DNA from: Promethearchaeota archaeon
Lineage (GTDB): Archaea > Asgardarchaeota > Lokiarchaeia > Sigyniarchaeales > SOKP01
Assembly (NCBI GenBank): GCA_048939015.1
Contig: JBHLPW010000001.1
Coordinates: forward strand, 1-64,000
Direction: 5' to 3'
DNA: 64,000 nt
A program made the position numbers and the translations under genes. A model generated the notes under the pieces. It worked only from the letters and a program-made list of their open reading frames with translations, ran no database searches and was not told where the DNA came from. Shown piece after piece: positions 1 to 9,400 of this stretch. Within the stretch, counting starts at the first letter, position 1, and each line of letters starts with the position of its first letter.

Positions 1-2
1 TG

Positions 3-1187
3 TTTTATATTAAAATAGAATTTTCTAAAAGGGTAAAAAGACTCCCAAAATATATTTTTGTAGAAATAGAACAACTTTTATCAGAAAAAAGAAAAAAGGG
101 CATTGATTTAATTACACTTGGTATTGGTGATCCAGATTTACCTACACCAGAGCTTATTATTACAGAATTAATAGAACAAGTGAAAAATCCTAAGAATCAT
201 AATTATCCTGCTAGCATGGGAGAAGATGATTTTAGAGAAGCGGTCTCAAGATGGTATAAAGTCAGATTTAATGTAGATTTAAATCCAGAAGATGAAATTT
301 CTAATGTTATAGGAGGTAAAGAAGGAGTTGCTAATATAGCAAGAGCTTTTATAAATCCTGGTGATATTGTTCTTTGTCCTAATCCAGGATATCCCGTTTA
401 TGAGAATGGAGCAACAAAGTTATGTGATGCAGAACCTTTTTCAATGCCATTGTTAAAAGAGAATCAGTTCTTACCTGATTTTGAGGTAATTGATAAAAAG
501 ATTCTTAAAAAAGCAAAATTGTTGTATTTAAATTATCCAAATAATCCTACAGGTGCTATTGCTTCAAAAGAATTCTTGAAAAAAGCAGTCGACTACGCTG
601 AAGATTATAATTTAGTTATTGTTCATGATAATCCATATTCAGAATTTACTTTTGGTGATTATATCGCACCTTCAATATTACAAATCGATCATAACCATGT
701 TGAGATTAATAGCGCTTCTAAAATGTTTAATATGACAGGTTTTAGATGTGGTTGGGTTGCAGGCAATAAAGATATTATTAATGGTTTAAGAAATATTAAA
801 TCTCAAATAGACTCTGGCTGCCCAAAATTTATACAAAAAGCGGTAAGTAGGGGATTAGATGAATATCATTCTAATAAAAAACCAGATATTGTTCAAGAGA
901 CAGTTAAGACCTATGAAAAACGGAGAAATATTCTTCTTAAAGGTTTAAATGATTCTGGTTGGAAAACAGCCATGCCAAAAGCAACATTCTATGTCTGGAC
1001 TCAAATACCTGAGAAATATAGGAATGTTGGATGTATGGAATTTGTAAAAGTTTTAATTAATATTGGTGTTGTAATTACTCCAGGAATTGGCTTTGGTCAA
1101 TATGGTGAGGGGTTTGTAAGATTCGCTTTAACTCAACCTGAGGAAAGGATAAAAGAAGCAATAGAAAGGATAAAAACAATATTATAA
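3..1187 (+). CDS. PLP-dependent class I/II aminotransferase (LL-diaminopimelate/aspartate aminotransferase-like); 5' end at the window edge
   Basis: Motifs LNYPNNPTG, HDNPY and SASKMFNMTGFRCG (PLP lysine). The frame is open upstream of the track start (FSKRVKRLPKYIF...LGIGDPDLPTP from nt 3), so the true start is at or just before nt 1. Confidence 0.9.
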   Translation, partial: FYIKIEFSKRVKRLPKYIFVEIEQLLSEKRKKGIDLITLGIGDPDLPTPELIITELIEQVKNPKNHNYPASMGEDDFREAVSRWYKVRFNVDLNPEDEISNVIGGKEGVANIARAFINPGDIVLCPNPGYPVYENGATKLCDAEPFSMPLLKENQFLPDFEVIDKKILKKAKLLYLNYPNNPTGAIASKEFLKKAVDYAEDYNLVIVHDNPYSEFTFGDYIAPSILQIDHNHVEINSASKMFNMTGFRCGWVAGNKDIINGLRNIKSQIDSGCPKFIQKAVSRGLDEYHSNKKPDIVQETVKTYEKRRNILLKGLNDSGWKTAMPKATFYVWTQIPEKYRNVGCMEFVKVLINIGVVITPGIGFGQYGEGFVRFALTQPEERIKEAIERIKTIL

Positions 1188-1239
1188 AAAAAGATTTTAA
1201 AAAAAAGATTTATAAATAGAGAGAAGATTGTTATTATTT

Positions 1240-1419
1240 TTACTCCAGTCTTTTCCTCATTTTTGCCCTCAACGCTTTCATTCTTTTCTCATCTTCAGCC
1301 TCTAAACTTTCTGAAAATTCATTTGGCACTTCTAATGACATCATAACTGGAGCGTTATAAGAATCCCAATCCTTATAATAATCTAATATCAGATCCATTT
1401 TATCTGATCCTTTTGCCAA
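1240..1419 (-). CDS. Small hypothetical protein, 59 aa (MAKGSDKMDLILDYYKDWDSYNAPVMMSLEVPNEFSESLEAEDEKRMKALRAKMRKRLE); not in ORF track
   Basis: Translated by hand. Strong SD GGAGGTGA (1426-1433) 6 nt before a TTG start; protein-like charged C-terminal helix. Confidence 0.7.
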   Translation of the reverse strand: MAKGSDKMDLILDYYKDWDSYNAPVMMSLEVPNEFSESLEAEDEKRMKALRAKMRKRLE

Positions 1420-1445
1420 TATTTTTCACCTCCTTATTTAATTGA

Positions 1446-1660
1446 ATCCTTCACATGGAGGGATAAATCTAATATTAACCTAATTCAAATGATCTTTATT
1501 GGTTTGTAGTAATAAAAGAGAACAAATCAGTAAAATTTATAAGAAAAAGGTTAAGAGGTCTGATTTATTCTCTCTTAATAATACTACCGATAAAGGTAGG
1601 CTTTACTTGTAAATGTAAGCCGTGCCGATAATCTGTAGTATTATACTGTGAAAAACTCAT
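1446..1660 (-). promoter_or_regulatory. Putative structured 5' leader or ncRNA upstream of the 59-aa gene
   Basis: Stems at 1578-1587/1635-1644 (perfect 10 bp) with inner stem 1599-1606/1615-1621, at 1517-1530/1560-1573, and at 1446-1452/1458-1464. A minus-strand promoter-like GGGAAAGTTTATAA lies at about 1685-1698. Confidence 0.4.
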
Positions 1661-1825
1661 TATATTAAATAAGATATAATCACCTTATAAACTTTCCCAT
1701 TTCCTTCCCATTTGTCAGATTATTTAGACGTGTAATTTGACAAGTATGTCGATAAGAACCTATTAAGGTGATTCCACTTTTAATTATTTAATAACTTGAT
1801 TTTCGAATAAATTGGTTTGAGCCAT

Positions 1826-3148
1826 ATGAATAAAAAGATAGTATTAATAGGAGCAGGTTCGACTTCATTTGGACCTCCTACGTTTAATGATCTTTATTTA
1901 AGTGAGGTTTTAGAAGGTTCTACAATCGTTCTTCATGATATTAATAAAGAGAAATTGGAATTAATTTATGATTTATTGATTGTTGAAAATGAAAGAATTA
2001 ATAATAAATTCAATCTTGAGTATACAACCGAAAGAAAAAGTGCCTTTAAAGACGCAGATTTTTTAATTAATTCAATTGAAGTTGGAGATCGAATGGAATT
2101 ATGGCGTCAGGATTACGAGATACCAAGAAAACATGGTTCTATACAAATCTTAGGTGAGTGTGGAGGTCCTGGTGGCACATTTCACGCTTGGAGGATTATA
2201 CCTCAAATTATTGACATTGTTAAAGATGCTGAAAAAATATGTCCAAATGCATTTCTCATTAATTTTTCAAATCCCATGGCTCGTGTGTGTCTAGCAATAA
2301 AGCGAAGTGTACATAAATTAAAATCGATTGGATTATGCCATCAAATCGATTCTTTGGTAAGGCATTTACCTAAATTATTTAACAAATCCATAAATGAATT
2401 AAAAATGAAGGTAGCAGGACTCAATCATTTTGGCTTTTTGTTAGATTTAGAGGATTTAACAACTAAGCGAAGTTTGATGGATACTTTCAATTCAACTGCT
2501 TTACAATACTTCAAAGAACATGAGTTTAAATGGGAATTTTCTAAACTCACATTTGAAGTTTTTAAAAGATTTGGATATTTTTCTTATGCTGAGGATACTC
2601 ACTTAGGAGAATATCTACAGATTGGTGAGGAATTCACTAAACCTCTGGATATGATTGGTTGGATAGATTATATTGATGCTTTAGGTTATTATCGTTATAA
2701 AAAATATCTAAGAAATTATAAAAGGCTAAAAAGAGGGAAGTATCCTAAAAAAGGAATTTTGGATAATAAACCATCGGGAGAACGAGCTATACCTATAATA
2801 GAAGCTATAATAAATGATACTAACTCTTATGAAACCGCAGTTAATATACCTAATGACAATATAGTTGATAACTTACCAAAAGATTTAATTTTAGAGTGTT
2901 CGGCAACAGTTGATAAAAATGGAGTTCACGGTGTTAAAGTAGGGTCTTTACCAAAGAATATTGCTGCATTACTTCGTATAGAGGCTTCAATTCAAGACCT
3001 ATGTGTTGAAGCTGTTCTAAAAAATTCTAAAGATATTGCAATCGCTTGTTTAGCAATCGATCCGAACGTAGGAAGTTTTGAAATGGCAGATGATATTTTT
3101 AATGAGATGATTCAATTGCAGAAAGATTTTTTACCCAAGTTCAAATAG
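1826..3148 (+). CDS. Family 4 glycoside hydrolase (NAD+/Mn2+-dependent alpha-galactosidase/glucosidase-like)
   Basis: KIVLIGAGS Rossmann motif, GE-x-GGPGG, NFSNP, GLCH and GLNH GH4 motifs. ATG at 1826 preferred over TTG at 1817. Confidence 0.92.
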   Translation: MNKKIVLIGAGSTSFGPPTFNDLYLSEVLEGSTIVLHDINKEKLELIYDLLIVENERINNKFNLEYTTERKSAFKDADFLINSIEVGDRMELWRQDYEIPRKHGSIQILGECGGPGGTFHAWRIIPQIIDIVKDAEKICPNAFLINFSNPMARVCLAIKRSVHKLKSIGLCHQIDSLVRHLPKLFNKSINELKMKVAGLNHFGFLLDLEDLTTKRSLMDTFNSTALQYFKEHEFKWEFSKLTFEVFKRFGYFSYAEDTHLGEYLQIGEEFTKPLDMIGWIDYIDALGYYRYKKYLRNYKRLKRGKYPKKGILDNKPSGERAIPIIEAIINDTNSYETAVNIPNDNIVDNLPKDLILECSATVDKNGVHGVKVGSLPKNIAALLRIEASIQDLCVEAVLKNSKDIAIACLAIDPNVGSFEMADDIFNEMIQLQKDFLPKFK

Positions 3149-3248
3149 TCTTTGGTATCATTGATCATTTTAAAATTTATGAGAAATGAAAAGAATTCTC
3201 CAGTTTTTCATACATTTCAAATATCTCAAATTATAAGTTAAGCTTATG

Positions 3249-3308
3249 CCACCAATATTTTGAAAATACCACTAAAATTTCAAATTTACCATTAAAATCA
3301 AATAAAAG
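3249..3308 (+). repeat. Three imperfect direct repeats with 20-bp period upstream of the giant membrane protein promoter
   Basis: ccaccaatattttgaaaata / ccactaaaatttcaaattta / ccattaaaatcaaataaaag starting at 3249, 3269 and 3289. Confidence 0.4.
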
Positions 3309-3410
3309 CTTTTAAGTAAGCTGTACAAACTAGTTATTAAACTCTTATATATTTATAAATTAATATTTACATTATTTTCACGAAAAAATTATAATTATAT
3401 TTATTGGGCG

Positions 3411-6400
3411 ATTGCAACGGATAATAATAATAATTCACAAGAACGGATTAGAAAAGCCACAGAAGTACTTCAGAAATTCTGGTGGTTTGCATTCTTTCTA
3501 ATTATTGCTCCATTAATAGTAGCAATAGTTACCTTCTCAATTTTTAATTTTGTATTAGGTAATGTACTCGTCGTAATATCTTTATCAGTTGTAAGCTTTA
3601 TGTTCGCTTTACTTTTTTTTTATAAAGCTTTTGATAAATACAGAAATAAGCCTTTTTTCCTTAATAAGAGTAATAATCTTACAGCAAGAATACACGTTCT
3701 TTTTATAATTTCTATCTTATCATTCATATCAACACCCATTTTTATTATAATATCAGGATTTGGTTCATTTTATCATCTTCCAGTTATAAGCTATTCAATC
3801 CTTTATTGTATTGTATATTATTATTACCATTTCCAACCAATAGATTTTTTTGACTTATCTAAGGAGGAATTCAAACATGCAGGCAGTTTTAACTTAATAG
3901 CAAAGCAACCGTATAATTTTTTCGTTGGTATTAATCATATTGTTCATATTATATTCTTAACTTTTACTGCTTATACTAATTTTTCTTGGCTTTTTGCTCT
4001 TACAACAAATTTAATCTTTTATTTCATCTTATTAAGATGGACAAAAAGTCAGGTTAAAAATATTAATAAATCGATAAGTGAAAAAGTTCCAGTTTTAAAA
4101 GAATTAACTGTTTTTAAAAGAAAATTTGTAGTTTCCATAATTGGTTTAATCTTCTTTTTAATGATTCAAATGCCGTTTGTAATAATTGTAATCTTCAGTT
4201 TATCAGGAGTCCGATATTCAAGCTTAGATATTATAAATAATTCTTTTTTGACGATAATTTTTATCTTATTTTACTTCAAATCTAGCTTTTATGTAAACTA
4301 TTATTATGGATCCAAATTCGATCTTTACGATAAACCTGGAAAATTAGCGGAATCTGCGGAGACAACTCCCTCTTTAAGTATAAAATATCAAAAATATAAT
4401 TCTTATATGTCAATTATTTTAATATTGCTAATCACATTATTCTCTTTTTTGATTCAAATTCCCTTATTAATGATTTTCATCCTTCCATTTATTTATATAC
4501 TTCTACATTATGAGCAGAAATACAATCTTTGTTCTAAGAGATATAATAAATCTGTAGTTTTATTGAATTCTATTGCTCTTTTGATTTACATTTCTTTTGG
4601 AATATTTCTGCCTGCAATAGAAACTATTTTATTAAATTTTCTTGCATTTTGCATTTCATTATATATTGTCTTACAGGTATTTGTTAAATTTGAGTATTTC
4701 AGTAAGGAAAATGTTTTAATAGTTCAAAATCTTCTCGCTGTCGCTAGTTTTACTTTATTAGTGTATAGCTTTTTTCCTATAATTGTTGATTATATATCTT
4801 ACACCGATCCAATTTTAAATCTCATTTCAAATATTCTTTTACATTCATTAATTCTGTCATTGGTTTTTTTAATCTCCCAATATATTATGGGAGTAAGGTA
4901 CTTTTATGGCAAATCTCCAAAATTATACAGAGTAGTAGTCTTAATAAATAGTTTTTTAGTTGAATTATTCATTTTTATCTTTATTTTATTTAGAATTTAT
5001 TTCTTAAGCGAATTAATTACTTTTCTACAAAGTATTCTTTTATCCTCTATATTATTTCCAATTTTTTTCATTTTTTTTCTTTACATAAATTATGGTTTAC
5101 ATGTATTTCCATTGAAATATTTCCTGAAATCATGTTATTTTACTCTCTGGATATTTTTAGTGGATTTTTTCACATCATTATTGATTCTCTCTCTATCTAC
5201 CACCTACTATATTATTATACCAATTGATTGTATTTTTACATCCATTCTATATTACTTCATCTCAAAATTTGGATTTAAAATGGAGAGAATAGATGAAAAT
5301 AGATTTAAAAAGCGAGTAAAAATAAATTCATATTTACTAACTATTGAGCTTTTTTCCCTATTTAGTTTGTTGTTTTTTAGTGCATTTAGAGCTTTTTCAT
5401 TGTTTGAGAATGTTATTTATTCAACATATTTATCTTTAGCAATAGTTTGTGGATTGATTAATCTATTTTCTAAAAAAGAGATATTTTCTGAAGATCTTTA
5501 TATCAAAATTAATACTTTTTTTCTACTATATACTTCCCTTATAGCGTTCTACTATTTTCTACTATTGACACGTAATATTCGTTTTGTTTATATTATACCT
5601 CTAATGGTTTCAAGTATAATTTTTTACGTACCGATTTTATATTTAAGGAAGAAGAACCTGTATCCTAAATTCATTAGTAAGTCAATTATAATTAATAGTA
5701 TCTTATTATCAACCACGATATCGTTAATTCCAACAATAACAGGATTAGAATTATACTTCTTAGGTATGTATTCCGATATAATTTTCTTAGTTATGACTGT
5801 AATAAATTTTACATTTTATATTTTATTAACAATTTCCACAATCGTTTACAATGTATTAAAAAAACCAGATACAATCGAAGAACGAGCAAAGCAAATTCAG
5901 AAGTTACAAATGCTTATATTATTTTGTTTAGGCGCAACAACAGTTTTTTATTATCCATACTTCTTATTATATAATTTCATCCAATATAATATTGTTATAC
6001 CTTTAATTTGTACTTCCTGTTTCCTATACATCCCTCTAAATATATCATATAAGAACAAAATTTTCAATCTTAAACATATAACTAAAATTATCATTTTAAA
6101 CACGTTATTTTTAACAGGTTTAGTCACTTTAATTCCAGTAATAATAGGACGGGATTTACTTTGGTTAGGACTTGTTGATGATTACAATATTTTTGTGTTG
6201 AATATTTTAAATTCCTCAATATATGTCTTCTATATATTTCTATTAATTCTAATTAATATATCTAAAAAGTTCAAGATTAAAGTAAAGTATATATTAAACT
6301 TAAATAGACTTAGAATTATTCTATTATTTTGTATTTCAGTTACAACTATTTTTTGCTATCCATTTTTCTTATTAATCAATACTCTTCATGGAATATTTAT

Positions 6401-9400
6401 TTCAATAATTTCCTTATTATTTTCTTGGTTCTTTTTATTTTATTATTCCTACAAGCAGGAATACTTCAATTTAGAATTTGTAAAGAAAATAACAATTTAT
6501 AATTTTATCGCCTTCTCACTTTTGATCATTTCTTTACCAACTATTATAGCTCTAGAATTAACGAGAATTGGATTAAGAGCAGATATAATACTTACAATAA
6601 CTATAACCTCATTTTTACTATTCAGTTTTCTCAGAATTTCTGAAGCCGTGAGCGAAAAGATCAAATTGAAAGAGAAATATGTTAAAAAATTTAAATTAAT
6701 AGGATTAATTTCTTGGTTTCTATTTTCACTTTTTATCTCTTATTACATAGCATCCATTTTTATTTTAGAATTAGTTTTCACTCCATTAACTAATCTAGTT
6801 TTAGCTTGTTCTTTCTTTATCTTCTTTATTTTGAGTATATATACGACAAATCTTATATCTAAAACTTTTCCAGAATATTCAAAAATTAAATATTTTCAAG
6901 ATTTAATCATCTACGGAATAATTATTTCAATTTCAAGTATTTTTACATTTTTAGGATTATCATCTGGGCTGTTTTCTTTTCTTATTTGGTGGCCATCGCT
7001 GCTAGCTATATCATTTTTAATTGGCTTTTTTCTTGCTATTTTTATTATATTATTAAACGCATTAGATAAGCAATTTCAATTATCACAAACTAAAACTGTT
7101 TCCAAGCTAGTCTCATGGTTAACCATAAAGATAATTATTTGTCTTTCAATAATTTCACTTATTGAATTTTTAGGGTTTTCCTATTCTATTATTAATAGTA
7201 TATTTTTATTCTGTTTAACGTTCACATTTTTTACACCTATAAGTCTTTATATATTGGAAAATTTGAGATATATTTCATCTGAAAAACAAATATTGTTGAA
7301 AAGGATCACATTAACAACCTTTATTGTATCAATTTTAACTGTATATGTTGAATTCCTCTACTATTCGATATATATAATCCCTATTTTTTATCTTAATCTT
7401 TTTATAATGATTACTGCTATCGCAGTTAATATCTTATTGTTTTTATATTATTATAGCTTAAGAATTAATAGAATAATTGAAGCAAAATCTGTTTTTGATT
7501 TATATAAAGTTTACTTCCCTTCCTTCTTCTTGTTTTTGAGTTTACTTTATTTTGATTCAGTTTTTTCAATTTTTCTAATTTTGATTACTTATTCACTAAT
7601 CCTTTCAAGGAGGAGTATTTTACCTAGTATTAGGTTTCTCTCATATTTCTTACTCAGTTATTATACTTTTATTGAAATCATAATTATTCTCAGTTCTTAT
7701 GGTATTATAGCAGGCTTTGAAATCGCAATGACAGGATTATACTTTATAATATACCTCTCATCAATGAGTGGAATCCTCATTTTCTCTATATTACTACATA
7801 CAAAGAAAAATAACAATCTTGAAAAATTTGCTCTTTATGCTCTTGTTTCTCTTTTGTCTTTTGTTTCATTGATGACTTACACTAATATACTACTTTTATA
7901 TAACATAACAATATCGCTTTTCGAAGTTTTGTTATTTTTAGGAATATTCTTTTATCATCAAAAAGATGAGCGTTACAAATGGTTCATCAAACCATGTATT
8001 ATTTTATTTGTGTTCGATCTTATCAGCTTTTTATCATACTCTTGGTTATTTAATAATCAGGTTTTCCTAGTCTACAGTTCAATTTTAACTTTCACATTAA
8101 CATTAACTGTTACAACACTGGCATTTATTCTAATATATAACTCATCTCCAGCTAGATTTAGGAAAAGATCTTTTTTTATTGCTTTATCGTCATTAATAAG
8201 TTCCTTTCCTACTTTCTTATATTTTATTATCATAGCATCATTATCAATGCCTATTTTTTCAATAGTTCCTTTAATATTCTCAATAGACATTGGAGTCCTA
8301 TTGTTTTATCTATCCATTGGAATATACCAATGGAAGATATCATGGGCAATCTGGAAATCTGGATGGTATGCGTGGAATATATTACCATTTGTAAACTTCT
8401 TTTTAATTTATCAAAGTCTTACAGGAATAGATGTTTATACGAGATCATTACCAGTATTCAACGCAAGTGGTTCATTTATTTTATCAATAATTATTTGCTC
8501 ATTATTTTTCTTTCCTGTGGTCTATACAAAAATCAAGAAATACTTTTCTACTATAGTTTTTATTATCTGGGGTGAAAGCTTATTTTTACTTTATTGGGCG
8601 AGCTTTAATTTGTTTACAACAGATCTTTGGTTAAGAAATTTTTCTTTTATTTTGTTTTCAGTTGTCTTATTGATACCTTTGTTAATAGCATTTAAATATT
8701 GGAAATTAGTATCTATTCTTTGGATATTTCCTTTAACAGTAATTAATACAATATTTCTATTTTTCTATCTGTTATCGATCGGTATCTCATTGGGGATGAC
8801 TATTTCATTAGTTATTTTAGCAATAGGGTTATTTTTCATGGTATACTCATTTTTTCCAAATATTAGATCAATTGGAGTTATTTTAATAAGTGCATACTTC
8901 ACAACTCTACTCGGCATTTTCTTAACAGTCTATTTCATTTTGTATTTGATTTTATTAAATCCAATTTTTTCAATAAACCTTAGCTTTCTTGTCGTAGGTT
9001 TCAGTCTCTTTTCTTCGAAATATGTTGAAGTTCCTAAAAGACTAATAGATATGTGCCTTTCCTGGATTTTAATTTTTAATTTATCATGGTTTACTTTTAA
9101 TACTTTCAATTTATTTCCCGGTTTATTTCTATTTGCTCTCTCATTAGCAATTACTGTATTTGGTTGTTCATTTTTTATATTTAATCGCTATAAAATGAAA
9201 ATTTCTCTTAATAAGATATTTCCATTTTTAATGGTAGCATTAGGAACGTCTTCTTCAATCACATCTTTAATTTATAGTATTTTTAATACCTCTCCTGGAA
9301 TATTAATTTCTATATTTTCTTCAGTGTTTATTATATTTTTATATTATATTTTCATTGAATATCGCTATTTTCTTTGGTTTCTTATTCCAATTCCTATAGC

